Notes under the pieces: generated by a model
Told to the model about the DNA's origin: nothing
What the model saw: the letters and a program-made list of their open reading frames with translations, nothing else
Databases searched by the model: none
Source: Candidatus Hadarchaeales archaeon
Lineage (GTDB): Archaea; Hadarchaeota; Hadarchaeia; Hadarchaeales; Hadarchaeaceae
DNA: 46,630 bases
Reading direction: 5' to 3'
Assembly: GCA_038851075.1 (NCBI GenBank)
Contig: JAWCLG010000007.1
Location: 1-46,630 of the forward strand
Position numbers and translations under genes: made by a program
Shown: positions 1 through 9,641 of the stretch, in pieces
Layout: the number at the start of each line of letters is the position of its first letter
How positions within the stretch are numbered: position 1 is the first letter of the stretch

Positions 1-845
1 AGGCTGTGCTCAATGGTGGCCCGGGGGCGTATCCCCTCGTGCCAGAGCGGCGTGTTAAAAGGACTGAACCTGAGTGGGATGAATTCTGTGAAGCCTCCCG
101 TCTCCCTCTGTATCTCCCTGATGAGGGCGATGTGCTCGGCCAGCTCCCCCGGCCTCTCAACAGTTCCGTAGAGAACCGTGGCAGTTGTCGGCAGCCCGAG
201 CCCGTGGCATGTTCTCACGATTTCCGCCCACCTCTCAAATCCTATCTTGTCAGGACATATCGCCGCGCGCACCCGGGGGGAGAAGACCTCCGCTGCGGTT
301 CCAGGAACGGAGTTCAGCCCCGCCTCCTTCAGCCTCAGTAAGACGCCTCTCACATCTATTCCCTCCACCCTCGCTATCCTGTCTATCTCCGCGGGTGAAA
401 ACGCGTGAATGTGAATGTCCGGCGAGACCCTCCTCACGGACTCCAGGATCCCCACGTAGTCATCAAGAACCATCTCCGGGTGAAGCCCTCCCTGTATGCA
501 CACCTCCGTCGCTCCATCCCTCACGGCCTCAGCGACCTTGTGTTCTATGTCCCCCTCGGTGAGCCGGTAGGCAAGAGGATCCCCAGCCTGCCTTCTGAAC
601 GCGCAGAACCTGCATGTTCCCATGCACACATTCGTGAAGTTTATGTTTCTGTTTATCACGAATGTGACGATTTCCCCTACCCTCTCAGCCCTGACGTGGT
701 CCGCGAGCATTATGAGCTCCCTGAGTTCTTTCCCCTCTGCCATGAGGAGGGCCTCGCCATCCTCAACGTTGAGTTCCTCCCCTGCAGCTGCCTTATCCAG
801 GGCCTCGCGGACGCCAGTGCTAAATTCTCCTGTAGCCCTCCTCAT
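1..845 (-). CDS. cofH: FO synthase subunit 2 (radical SAM), runs off the left edge
   Basis: Not in the ORF track because no stop lies in the window. Hand translation from ATG at 845 gives MRRATGEFS...VTFVINRNINFTNVCMGTCRFCAF (CxxxCxxC) ...TGGFTEFIPL. Overlaps the cofG stop. Confidence 0.88.
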   Translation of the reverse strand, partial: MRRATGEFSTGVREALDKAAAGEELNVEDGEALLMAEGKELRELIMLADHVRAERVGEIVTFVINRNINFTNVCMGTCRFCAFRRQAGDPLAYRLTEGDIEHKVAEAVRDGATEVCIQGGLHPEMVLDDYVGILESVRRVSPDIHIHAFSPAEIDRIARVEGIDVRGVLLRLKEAGLNSVPGTAAEVFSPRVRAAICPDKIGFERWAEIVRTCHGLGLPTTATVLYGTVERPGELAEHIALIREIQRETGGFTEFIPLRFSPFNTPLWHEGIRPRATIEHS

Positions 846-1839
846 CGGCAAGCTCAGATACAACCCTTCTCACCTCGCACGACATGAACTTCGGGTCCAT
901 GGTAAACCTCGGATATATCGGGAGACGCTCTCTCGGGAAAAACCCAGCTCCCTTCACCCTCTCCCTTAACGATTCAATGGGTGGCCAAGGTTTCTCGGGA
1001 TTTATGAAGTCGGGCGTGAGCGAAGATATTCCCCCGAGATCGTTCGCACCCGCAGAGAGGAAGGTACACACATCATCAACCAGATTTGGAGGGATCTGTA
1101 CGCCCACGTCCGGCAGGATCTCCCTCGCCATTTTCACGACCTCCATGACATCGGGGAAGGGCGGAGGGGGGTTTTCTGCCATCGGGGTCCCGGGCTTTGG
1201 AGCAAAAGGTTGGATTATTACCTCCTGGATGTGGCCGAATCTTTCGTGGATTTCCCTTATCGCGAGCAGTGACATGAGCCTGTCATTCCTCGTTTCCCCT
1301 ATCCCCACGAGCAAACCGGTGGTGAACGGTATTCCCTCCCTCCCGGCATCCTCCATCATTCTGAGCCTTAGGGAGGGGTGCTTTCCGGGGCTCATCTCGT
1401 GGGCCGGCAACCTCGCAATGCTCTCAAGCATCAGCCCCATGCTGGCCGAGAACCTCCTTAACTTGGCGAGCTGGCTGCGACCTAGCACGCCTGGATTGAT
1501 GTGGGGCAACAGCCCCTCCCCGAGTATCCGTCGTGAGAGGTAAACGATGTAATCGGTCATGCTTCTAAACCCAAAATTCTGCAGACGATCCCTCACCTGA
1601 GGATACACCTCCGGCATCTCTCCGAGCGTGATCAGTGCCTCCACGCATCCAGCTTCCCTTCCCCTCCTCACGAGATCCATCACCTCCTCCGGTGACATCA
1701 GCCACCAGCCGTCATCCGGAGATCCCCTGAAGCCGCAGTACGCGCAGGCATTCCTGCAAAGGTTCGTGAGAGGGATGAACACATTCCTCGTATATGTCAC
1801 AGTGTTTTCAGATGCAGACGCGGTCAACCGTATACCCAT
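820..1839 (-). CDS. cofG: FO synthase subunit 1 (radical SAM)
   Basis: VTYTRNVFIPLTNLCRNACAYCGF, PHINPG, SMGLMLES, PFTTGLLVGIGE, QEVIIQPF, GANDLGGIS, RERLPIYP motifs. Confidence 0.92.
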   Translation of the reverse strand: MGIRLTASASENTVTYTRNVFIPLTNLCRNACAYCGFRGSPDDGWWLMSPEEVMDLVRRGREAGCVEALITLGEMPEVYPQVRDRLQNFGFRSMTDYIVYLSRRILGEGLLPHINPGVLGRSQLAKLRRFSASMGLMLESIARLPAHEMSPGKHPSLRLRMMEDAGREGIPFTTGLLVGIGETRNDRLMSLLAIREIHERFGHIQEVIIQPFAPKPGTPMAENPPPPFPDVMEVVKMAREILPDVGVQIPPNLVDDVCTFLSAGANDLGGISSLTPDFINPEKPWPPIESLRERVKGAGFFPRERLPIYPRFTMDPKFMSCEVRRVVSELADEEGYRRI

Positions 1840-1900
1840 TTTTTCACCTCCGCTGCCTGAGTTAAAGTTATTGGACGTTAGTTGAGTTCAGTGTGAGAGA

Positions 1901-2554
1901 ATGAGCACATGGGGTATAGTTCCGGTGAAGCGGTTGAGCGAGGCGAAGTCATCCCTGTCGTCGGTGCTCGATACAGAAACGAGGAAGGAGCTGGTCCTAG
2001 CTATGCTGGATGATGTCATGCGAACCCTTCTCTCATCTCCATCCGTCGCCGGCGTAATCGTGGTTTCGCCTGACGCTCATGTTCTTGAGTTTGCAGGAAA
2101 GCATGGCGCGGAATGCGTCCGCGACGACAGCGCGGAACTGAATAAGGCGCTGACCATGGGGGTCGAAAGAGCAGTTCAACTCAAGGCGTCCTCGGTCCTC
2201 ATCATTCCTGGAGATGTCCCTCTCGTAAGACCCCACGATGTTGAAAATATAATAGCGATGGCGGTGGGGAGAAGGGAAGTGGTGATCTCACCATCAAAGA
2301 AAAACGGCACGGATGCGCTTCTGCTGAAACCTCCAAAAGTCATGGAGCTGAGGTTCGGCGGGGAAAGCTTTCCGCTTCATCTGCAGGAGGCCCACAGGGC
2401 GGGCATCATGCCTAGGATATACAGATCTTCAAACCTCGCAAATGATCTGGACGACCCAGAGGACATCGATGCAATCATAGCAGAGGGAGATGGAACAAGA
2501 ACACATCAAGTGCTAACGCGGGTGAGGGCAAACCCGTATTTAACGAGGAAGTAG
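1901..2554 (+). CDS. cofC: 2-phospho-L-lactate/PEP guanylyltransferase
   Basis: IVPVKRLSEAKSSLS, PGDVPL, GTDALLL, FGGESF, DLDDPEDI; divergent from cofGH. Confidence 0.9.
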   Translation: MSTWGIVPVKRLSEAKSSLSSVLDTETRKELVLAMLDDVMRTLLSSPSVAGVIVVSPDAHVLEFAGKHGAECVRDDSAELNKALTMGVERAVQLKASSVLIIPGDVPLVRPHDVENIIAMAVGRREVVISPSKKNGTDALLLKPPKVMELRFGGESFPLHLQEAHRAGIMPRIYRSSNLANDLDDPEDIDAIIAEGDGTRTHQVLTRVRANPYLTRK

Positions 2555-3153
2555 AATCCAATCACAATCAACACCACGGCGCAGAAGAGGAGGAGGACCC
2601 TGTGCCCGCGTGTGCCGATAAACTTTCTCCCCTTAGCGACCGCAACGGAGACCCCAGAGAACCAGAGGAAATCCGCGGTGAAGTGGCCCAGCAGCCACAT
2701 CACAACGCCTGCCGTGGAAGCGAGCACGTAGGCCTCCATGAGCGTGGCAAATCCCACAGTTACCCACCAGATGGGCACGCTGGGGTTGAGCACCGTGCTG
2801 AAAAAGATTCCACCGATCACCGGATGATATCTGCCGACCACAATCCCTTCCCCCCTGTACCCGCCCACGAGCCTTATGATCGCAAACACACCGAGCACGA
2901 GAAGGATTGCTCCACCGAATATCCCGAGCCCCACCTGGAAGTAAAACGATGCCATAACCACGCCGAGCCCGGCCGCGATGAGAGCGAGAAAGACGAGCTC
3001 TACCATCATGTGTCCGGCCGCTGCAAAAAATCCGGTTGACCTTCCGCTCTGCCCGGTCTTGACTATCACGTAGGCGAGCAGTGGGCCGGGGATGAGCACT
3101 CCTGAGAGGGCTATGATAAACCCAACTGGGAACTGCGCCAGCTCTTCCATCAT
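2506..3153 (-). CDS. LysE/RhtB family translocator
   Basis: GFIIALSGVLIPGP, GHMMVE and LNPSVPIWW motifs, several hydrophobic segments; start placed at MMEELAQ. Confidence 0.8.
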   Translation of the reverse strand: MMEELAQFPVGFIIALSGVLIPGPLLAYVIVKTGQSGRSTGFFAAAGHMMVELVFLALIAAGLGVVMASFYFQVGLGIFGGAILLVLGVFAIIRLVGGYRGEGIVVGRYHPVIGGIFFSTVLNPSVPIWWVTVGFATLMEAYVLASTAGVVMWLLGHFTADFLWFSGVSVAVAKGRKFIGTRGHRVLLLFCAVVLIVIGFYFLVKYGFALTRVST

Positions 3154-3220
3154 TTTTGAACCTTGGTGAACATTTAAGAGCAACGGATATAAATCTCCAC
3201 GTTTCATTTATGTGGTCGCT

Positions 3221-4579
3221 ATGAACCGATTGAAATATCTTCTGGACGAGGAGGAGATACCTAAGGCCTGGTACAACATCCAAGCAGACCTCAAGACTCC
3301 ATTAGACCCTCCCCTAAACCCTTCCACGAAGGAACCCATAGGACCCGAGGCCCTCTCCAGGATATTCCCGATGGAGCTCATCAAACAGGAGGTCAGCAGG
3401 GAGCGCTGGATCCCGATACCTGAAGAGGTGCGAAACATCTACAGGCTCTGGAGACCGACTCCGCTGTACCGCGCGCGAAGATTCGAGGAGATGCTGAAAA
3501 CTCCCGCAAGGATATATTACAAGTGGGAGGGTGTGAGCCCGCCTGGAAGCCACAAGGCCAACACCGCGGTGGCCCAGGCATACTACAACATGAAAGAGGG
3601 TGTTAAACGTCTTGCCACCGAGACCGGCGCCGGACAGTGGGGGAGCGCGCTGGCATTCGGCACGATGCTGTTTGGACTTGAATGCACGATCTACATGGTC
3701 AGGGTCAGCTACGAGCAGAAGCCCTACCGCAGGATACTGATGGAAACATGGGGGGCTGAGTGCATCCCGAGCCCGAGCAACAGGACGGAATACGGCAGAA
3801 AGGTGTTGAAAGAAGACCCGAACTGTCCAGGAAGTCTGGGTATAGCGATTTCCGAGGCAATAGAAGATGCGGCGACTCACGATGACACAAAGTACTCCCT
3901 GGGAAGCGTGCTGAATCACGTCCTTCTTCACCAGACCGTCGTTGGCCTGGAGGCGAAGAAGCAGATGGAGATGGCCGGAGACTATCCGGATGTCGTGATA
4001 GGGTGTGTCGGGGGAGGTAGCAACTTCTCGGGCCTGGCGTTTCCGTTCGTCGCGGACAAGCTGACGGGAAAAAGGCCTGACCTCAGGGCGATCTCGTGCG
4101 AGCCAAAGGCATGCCCGACCCTAACAAAGGGAGTATATGCATATGACTTCGGGGACACGGCCAGAATGACCCCCCTTCTGAAGATGTACACGCTGGGGCA
4201 TTCCTTCGTTCCCCCGCCGATACATGCGGGCGGCCTCAGGTACCATGGGGATGCCCCGCTCCTGTGCAAGCTCACTCACGACGGATACATGGAAGCCGCG
4301 GCATACCACCAGAACGAGGTTTTCGAGGCTGGCAGACTGTTCGCGGAGTCCGAGGGGTTCATTGTGGCTCCGGAGACCACACACGCCATAAAGGCCGTGA
4401 TGGACGAAGCGCTGAAATGCAAAGAAACCGGAGAGGAGAAGGTGATCCTCTTCAACTGCAGCGGGCACGGACACTTCGACCTCGCCTCCTGGGACATGTA
4501 TCTGAGAGGAAAGCTGGTCGACTATGAATATCCCGAGGAACTCGCCAAAGCAGCTATGAAAAACCTGCCGGGCGTTTAG
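3221..4579 (+). CDS. trpB2: Tryptophan synthase beta chain type 2 (TrpB2)
   Basis: [25 protein letters not shown] (PLP lysine), [34 protein letters not shown]. Confidence 0.93.
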   Translation: MNRLKYLLDEEEIPKAWYNIQADLKTPLDPPLNPSTKEPIGPEALSRIFPMELIKQEVSRERWIPIPEEVRNIYRLWRPTPLYRARRFEEMLKTPARIYYKWEGVSPPGSHKANTAVAQAYYNMKEGVKRLATETGAGQWGSALAFGTMLFGLECTIYMVRVSYEQKPYRRILMETWGAECIPSPSNRTEYGRKVLKEDPNCPGSLGIAISEAIEDAATHDDTKYSLGSVLNHVLLHQTVVGLEAKKQMEMAGDYPDVVIGCVGGGSNFSGLAFPFVADKLTGKRPDLRAISCEPKACPTLTKGVYAYDFGDTARMTPLLKMYTLGHSFVPPPIHAGGLRYHGDAPLLCKLTHDGYMEAAAYHQNEVFEAGRLFAESEGFIVAPETTHAIKAVMDEALKCKETGEEKVILFNCSGHGHFDLASWDMYLRGKLVDYEYPEELAKAAMKNLPGV

Positions 4580-4633
4580 CGCGGGCGACATGATTTTATA
4601 TGGATGAACGCGATTAACCTTTGGAGGATCGAC

Positions 4634-4873
4634 ATGCCGATGGCCATAGTTCTGATCGATGCAAACGCAGGATCTGTTAGAGACATAATTGAAGGCCTGA
4701 AAAAGATAAGAGGAGTGGTCGAGGCCTACGGTGTTACCGGACCGCATGACATAGTAGCAAAAATCCAGCTTGACAGGTTCGAGGAAATCGCGGAGACTGT
4801 AAGCCAGGGCATACACAAACTGCCCGGTGTCAAGAATACCCTCACCATGTTCACATTCGAGCGCATTGTCTGA
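4634..4873 (+). CDS. Stand-alone Lrp/AsnC ligand-binding (RAM) domain protein
   Basis: VVEAYGVTGPHDIVAKI...PGVKNTLT; GGAGG SD at 4623-4627; no HTH. Confidence 0.8.
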   Translation: MPMAIVLIDANAGSVRDIIEGLKKIRGVVEAYGVTGPHDIVAKIQLDRFEEIAETVSQGIHKLPGVKNTLTMFTFERIV

Positions 4874-4909
4874 AGCGGACAGAACACCAACATATTTTAG
4901 ATTAACAGG

Positions 4910-4976
4910 GCACGTCAGTCCGCCCATCATTCATATCATCGGCTTCGCTCAGAAGATGTCGTGACATCATCCGTGC
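4910..4976 (-). ncRNA. Candidate box C/D guide sRNA
   Basis: Minus strand reads GCACG-G-ATGATGT (C box)-cacgacatctt-CTGA (D')-gcgaagc-CGATGA (C'-like)-tatgaatgatgggcgga-CTGA (D)-CGTGC. Perfect 5-bp terminal stem; BRE/TATA-like GAAAAAATTATTAT about 25 nt upstream. Confidence 0.65.
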
Positions 4977-5238
4977 GAATTGATCTTTGCATTGGCAGAT
5001 AATAATTTTTCTGAATATCTGGGAATGTCGCGCTCGCATCTTCAGATGGGTAATCAGATTTTTTAGGTTATCGCAGTTTATAGCCAAAGATTCACTTTAA
5101 TAACTCCATTTTACTTATGGCTTGATTAAAGCAGTTATTGCCAGATAAAAATCCATTAAAATGCTCCTTTATAATCAGTTCTCTTTAATATATGCGAAAA
5201 AATCCGAAACAATTATAAAATGGGACTCGTAATATATA

Positions 5239-5877
5239 TTGACGGGGCTGGGGGTGGACCGAGGTCCATTTGTAGCAGCTGTGGCCGTTGCTATAGCTGT
5301 CGTTATTGTTTTTTCTTGCGGTGGGCCCGGGATATCCCTCTGTAGAATCGAAGACAAGTGGATATCAGTTCTGTCGTATCCGTTCTCTCATACAGGGTTG
5401 GATCATCTTATAGTAAACCTCATCTCTCTGGGGCTGGTCAGCGCCATCGCGGTTGAGCTCGGCATGTCATGGAAACGTTTTCTTGCCGTTCTCCTCTCGG
5501 CGGGATGGCTCAGCGCGATACCCTTTGTTCTGGCGTTTCCAAATGCCACATTCATGGGTCTCTCGGGTGGTATATGTGGGGTCTTTGGTGTGGAGCTCAT
5601 CGGAATGAGAAAGTACAGGCTCCCGACCCTACAGATATTTCTGATATTCGTTGTGTCTATGGGGCTCAGCGCAGGCATCGAGTCCGCCTATGCCTCCCAG
5701 CTAAGCACGGTTCTGCAGCTCTCGGTTCACCTCTTCGCCCTCTCCATCGGGGCATGCATGGGCAAGGCCACTTTGGGGTGGCAACCCGTGCAGAGCCGCC
5801 CGAATCTGTTTCAAGGAAGGTCGAATCCCGCACGGTTAAACGCTAGTCACCGAAAAGTGCATCAAGAATTATTTTAG
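5239..5877 (+). CDS. Rhomboid family intramembrane serine protease
   Basis: YPFSHTGLDHLIVN, GLSG (catalytic Ser), VHLFALSIG (catalytic His). Confidence 0.75.
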   Translation: MTGLGVDRGPFVAAVAVAIAVVIVFSCGGPGISLCRIEDKWISVLSYPFSHTGLDHLIVNLISLGLVSAIAVELGMSWKRFLAVLLSAGWLSAIPFVLAFPNATFMGLSGGICGVFGVELIGMRKYRLPTLQIFLIFVVSMGLSAGIESAYASQLSTVLQLSVHLFALSIGACMGKATLGWQPVQSRPNLFQGRSNPARLNASHRKVHQELF

Positions 5878-6970
5878 GACTGAACTCGACCAGATCGTCG
5901 TAACTCTGGCCTGTACCGACAAAGAGTATCGGCTTTTTGGTAACGTGAGTTATCGAGAGAGCAGCGCCCCCTCTCGAGTCAGCATCCATCTTACAGAGTA
6001 TCGAACCCGTTATGCCGACCGCCTCATCAAAAGACTTCGCCTGCTCAACGGCGTCATTTCCGGTTAGAGCATCTCCGACGAATATAACGGCATCGGGTTT
6101 TACAACGCGCACTATTTTTCGCATTTCATCCATCAGATTCATCTCTGTCTGCATGCGCCCTGCAGTGTCCACGAGCACAACGTCGAGGCCTCTGGCCTTA
6201 GCGTGAGAAACCGCATCGTACGCAACGGCCGCTGCGTCGGCTCCTCTCGTCTGCTTTATCAATGGAACGCCAACCCTCTGAGCGTGGATCTCAAGCTGCT
6301 CTATTCCGGCCGCACGAAATGTGTCGGCGGCGGCAACGACGACCTTGTATCCTCTGTCCATCAGGTACTTCGCCATCTTCGCAATCGTGGTCGTCTTTCC
6401 AGTTCCGTTAATCCCGACAAATACTATCACCGCCGGCTCTCCTCTGCTCCTCTTCTCTTCCAACACCTGCTCAAGATTGAATCTGTGCTCCGCGGTCAGC
6501 ACTTTTAGCACCGCCTCTCTCAGAACCTCGTCCGCGATTTTCTTCGGATCTTCCTTCAACCCTATTCTTCTGCCTACAAGTCCATCCCTCACGTGAGAGA
6601 TTACCTCATCGGCGACGGGTACGGCGACGTCGCTCTCAAGCAGCGCGACATGGAGGTCCCAGAGGATATCATCCACATCCTGGGGTGAAAGCTCCCTTCC
6701 GGTGATCCGCTTTATAGCCCTTCTGATCCCTCTCTTTGGCCTCTCCACCGGAGGGGTTATCGGTTTTTTTTCAGGAGCTGGGAGTTTTTCTGGAATTTCA
6801 GGCTTGACCTCTTTGATTATAAGCTGCTGGTCCTTGACTACTTCAGGCTCGACCGTTAACTCCTCTTTTTCTTCGAGTTCAACCTGTTCAGAAATTTCCT
6901 CTTTAGCTTCAGTCTTTCGTGTTATCTTTTCTTTGATTTCCCTCAGCTTCTTCTTGAGCCTGTCAAACAT
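5843..6970 (-). CDS. ftsY: Signal recognition particle receptor FtsY
   Basis: GINGTGKTTT, DTFRAAGIEQL, DTAGR, GGAALS, GTGQ. Confidence 0.96.
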   Translation of the reverse strand: MFDRLKKKLREIKEKITRKTEAKEEISEQVELEEKEELTVEPEVVKDQQLIIKEVKPEIPEKLPAPEKKPITPPVERPKRGIRRAIKRITGRELSPQDVDDILWDLHVALLESDVAVPVADEVISHVRDGLVGRRIGLKEDPKKIADEVLREAVLKVLTAEHRFNLEQVLEEKRSRGEPAVIVFVGINGTGKTTTIAKMAKYLMDRGYKVVVAAADTFRAAGIEQLEIHAQRVGVPLIKQTRGADAAAVAYDAVSHAKARGLDVVLVDTAGRMQTEMNLMDEMRKIVRVVKPDAVIFVGDALTGNDAVEQAKSFDEAVGITGSILCKMDADSRGGAALSITHVTKKPILFVGTGQSYDDLVEFSPKIILDALFGD

Positions 6971-6985
6971 CCTGAAACTTCCTCG

Positions 6986-7426
6986 TCACTTTTCAGCGAG
7001 CGCCTTGTTCATCAGAGCATCTCTCTCAGGAACCAGCTTTTCCAGCCGGCTGTCCAGCTTTATGGCCTCCGCTCCAAGGCTCGTCATCGCCTGCTGAAGC
7101 TCGACCGACCTGTTCTCAAGAAACTTTATCGCGTCGTCGAAACTGCGCTCCACCGCCACATCCGCTCCGATATCAAGCAGGACCTTATCAGCTCTTACAG
7201 TTAAAGCCGGAAGAAATGCACCTGGCCCCACGGGCACCAGAATCTGCGTGCCCTCCTTCGTGTCCCTGAGTTTTTTGAGGGCCTCAATAGTAACGCCTAT
7301 CTCGTTTACAGCGTTTCCTAGAGCCGAGATCTGTCTCCTTATCAGCCCAAGCATCTCGCCGCCCTCCTCTATCTGGGCGGATATCTCGCGAAGCCTGCTC
7401 TCCTCTTCTTCTGTAAGCCCGCTCAT
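6986..7426 (-). CDS. pfdA: Prefoldin alpha subunit
   Basis: Coiled coil / ILVPVGPGAFL...VLLDIGADVAVE / coiled coil; conserved position upstream of ftsY. Confidence 0.9.
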   Translation of the reverse strand: MSGLTEEEESRLREISAQIEEGGEMLGLIRRQISALGNAVNEIGVTIEALKKLRDTKEGTQILVPVGPGAFLPALTVRADKVLLDIGADVAVERSFDDAIKFLENRSVELQQAMTSLGAEAIKLDSRLEKLVPERDALMNKALAEK

Positions 7427-7647
7427 TTTCCAACCATCTCCAGCATCCTCTTGTCTGTTATCTCCTCTGGCTTTATCTCCTTGACCTCGTCTATATCTAT
7501 CTGACTGCGCTTTAGCTTATGCCTGCTGCCGAGATCCGAGTAGACCCTTTCCAGCGCCTGGATCTCTGACAGAGCTGGCACTATTTTAGTGAAAGTGGCC
7601 TTATCAATGCCCTGCCTGAAGCGCCCCTTTATTTGATATATTTTCAT
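7423..7647 (-). CDS. rpl18a: 50S ribosomal protein L18Ae (LX/eL20)
   Basis: FTKIV...ALERVYSDLGSRHKLKRSQIDI. Confidence 0.9.
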   Translation of the reverse strand: MKIYQIKGRFRQGIDKATFTKIVPALSEIQALERVYSDLGSRHKLKRSQIDIDEVKEIKPEEITDKRMLEMVGK

Positions 7648-7656
7648 TCTTGCACC

Positions 7657-8313
7657 TCACACGAACCCCAGCGCACTTTCTATTCTACCAAGCTCAGGTC
7701 CAGTAGTGGTTGACCCGACCAAGGCACCATTAGAATTTGCAACTACGCACAGTCCTATAAGCTTGACCCCCCCGCAGGCGGTTCCCACGCTGACCTCTAC
7801 GCCGAGCACATCCTCCGCCAGCTTCAGCTCCTTCTCCGTGGCATCAGGGTTGACTATGGCCCCGCGCGCGGTCGCCACTCCTGCCGCCCCAACGTTCTTT
7901 ATTCCGCCGAGAGTGCTCCTCTCGACCCTTACTCCCAGCGACCTCTCTATCTCAGATACCGCACTATCGCCGAGCTCCGGGCTTACCAGTGCACCTGAAT
8001 CGTTAGCCAGAACCATGTTTCCAAAAGCCGTGTGTTTTCCGGTTATGTGCTTCACAGTTGGTGTCGGACCGCCGTCACGGGTTGTAAACTCAAAAATATC
8101 TGAGCAGATGGATGCTGACGAGTTGCCAGCCATAAGTATTCCTATGAGGGGACTCCTGCTGATGCTCCCCCTGAAAACAGGGACGCCCAGAACCTCCCTG
8201 ACGCGCTCTTCGTTCCAGCTCATCGTGTCCGGAAAAACAGCAAAGCTGTCAGTACACATCGAGAATGCACCTATGAACGGCATCCTTCCGAAGCTCATTC
8301 TGAAGATGCGCAA
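7657..8313 (-). CDS. eif6: Translation initiation factor 6
   Basis: GNMVLANDSGALVSP, VVANSNGALVGSTTTGPELGRIESAL. Confidence 0.93.
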   Translation of the reverse strand: MRIFRMSFGRMPFIGAFSMCTDSFAVFPDTMSWNEERVREVLGVPVFRGSISRSPLIGILMAGNSSASICSDIFEFTTRDGGPTPTVKHITGKHTAFGNMVLANDSGALVSPELGDSAVSEIERSLGVRVERSTLGGIKNVGAAGVATARGAIVNPDATEKELKLAEDVLGVEVSVGTACGGVKLIGLCVVANSNGALVGSTTTGPELGRIESALGFV

Positions 8314-8321
8314 CGCATCAC

Positions 8322-8576
8322 CTACTCTGCGAGAAAAGCCTCCACGGAACCATCATCGCCTTTGACGGCCCTGACCCTTATCCTCAGGCATGGTTTCTGT
8401 ATGCCCCTCGCCCAGAGGCGGCTGTTTAGTTTCTGATCTATCTTCACCCTGTCGGACTTCATGTGTCTGCGCAGGAACTCCCTGACAACCATGGACGCTC
8501 TTTTTGATCGTGTTTTTCTCCCTGACCTCTTAACCCTGCGGATTGGTATGACGTATATTCTCTCCTCCGGCATCAC
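8322..8576 (-). CDS. rpl31e: 50S ribosomal protein L31e
   Basis: ERIYVIPI...FLRRHMK...LNSRLWARGI...IRVRA. Confidence 0.93.
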   Translation of the reverse strand: MMPEERIYVIPIRRVKRSGRKTRSKRASMVVREFLRRHMKSDRVKIDQKLNSRLWARGIQKPCLRIRVRAVKGDDGSVEAFLAE

Positions 8577-8581
8577 ATCAC

Positions 8582-8737
8582 CTAGGGCTTAACGCGACTC
8601 CTTCTCCAATTCCTCCTCTTTATGCTACCCCTTATCCTCCCTCGAGTCTTCACCATCACCCAAACCGGTGCTCTCTTCGTCATCCTGGCTGCCCTCCCGA
8701 GCCTGCGCTTTAAGGGATAGGGTTTGTTCCTTGACAC
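8582..8737 (-). CDS. rpl39e: 50S ribosomal protein L39e
   Basis: Below the ORF-track cutoff. Hand translation from GTG: MSRNKPYPLKRRLGRAARMTKRAPVWVMVKTRGRIRGSIKRRNWRRSRVKP (51 aa); canonical position. Confidence 0.92.
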   Translation of the reverse strand: MSRNKPYPLKRRLGRAARMTKRAPVWVMVKTRGRIRGSIKRRNWRRSRVKP

Positions 8738-8738
8738 G

Positions 8739-9089
8739 TCAGACCCTCCTTATCCTTATCTCCCTCTTCCTTGACTGCAGCCTGTCGAGAATATCTCTGA
8801 GCTGCTGGTCGGTTATCTTTGACCTCAGCCTCCCGCTCTGAGCCAGCTGGATGAGCTGTATTTCTATCTGCTCCGCGAACTCCGGCTTTACCATCCTTAT
8901 GTTGTTCAGCCTGTCGCGAGCCTCAGGAGTAAGTATCTCCTGAAGGGCCGCCCTCTTCTGTATCTCGAACTGTCTCCTGAGCTCTGCCTGGCGCCTCTGC
9001 TCCTCAAGTCTGGCCTGATACTCCAGAAGCTTTCTCCTTTTTATTTCCTCGAGTTCCGCCTCATCAGGCTCCGGCTCCACCGACATCAC
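8739..9089 (-). CDS. dsDNA-binding protein, PDCD5/TFAR19 family
   Basis: ILTPEARDRLNNIRMVKPEFAEQIEIQLIQLAQSG. Confidence 0.9.
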   Translation of the reverse strand: MMSVEPEPDEAELEEIKRRKLLEYQARLEEQRRQAELRRQFEIQKRAALQEILTPEARDRLNNIRMVKPEFAEQIEIQLIQLAQSGRLRSKITDQQLRDILDRLQSRKREIRIRRV

Positions 9090-9501
9090 CTCTCAGTTTT
9101 TCAGCCACGCCCTCCAGAAGGGCAGAGCCCTTAGGGGTTAGTTTTCTGCCGCTCCTATCCGCCTTTTTCACCAGACCGGCCTTCTCGAGCTGCTGCAGTA
9201 TCGTCCTGACTATCTTTCCGCCACCCCTCTTTGAATGCTCTGGGGCCTGGCCGCGGTTCTGCCTTCCACCGTAATATGTCCTGAGTCTGGAAACCCCGAC
9301 CGGACCATCCAGATATATCCTCCTCAACATCGACGCCGCCCTCATGTACCACCAGTCTGGCTGCTCCGGCGGCCTCTCCCTGCTCACGCCAGTTTTAACG
9401 AACCTGCTCCAGGAAGGGGGGGTCAGCTCCTCAAACTTTTTTAGCTCCTCCGTTAATGCGCCTACCAGCCTTTCCGCCTTCGCTTCACGTACTGACATCA
9501 C
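9064..9501 (-). CDS. rps19e: 30S ribosomal protein S19e
   Basis: FVKTGVSRERPPEQPDWWYMRAASMLRRIY, GRKLTPKG. Confidence 0.95.
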   Translation of the reverse strand: MMSVREAKAERLVGALTEELKKFEELTPPSWSRFVKTGVSRERPPEQPDWWYMRAASMLRRIYLDGPVGVSRLRTYYGGRQNRGQAPEHSKRGGGKIVRTILQQLEKAGLVKKADRSGRKLTPKGSALLEGVAEKLRGDVGGAGA

Positions 9502-9641
9502 ATCACCTGTTGTCTCCTAACAATCTGAATCGGGCAATATTAACCCTTTTGCCGAATATCTAAAAAACTTTCGCGTAAATCGGGCAATTTGCTTTAAATA
9601 GGTATATATAGCGTGTTGGTAAAGTCAACGTGAAAAAACAA

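Noticed and set aside
405-887. Plus-strand ORFs over 6-1543
   Set aside because: Antisense shadows of cofH/cofG, which carry clear radical SAM motifs on the minus strand.
4980-5238. AT-rich intergenic region as a replication origin
   Set aside because: No ORB-like repeats and no adjacent cdc6/orc1; divergent promoters explain it.
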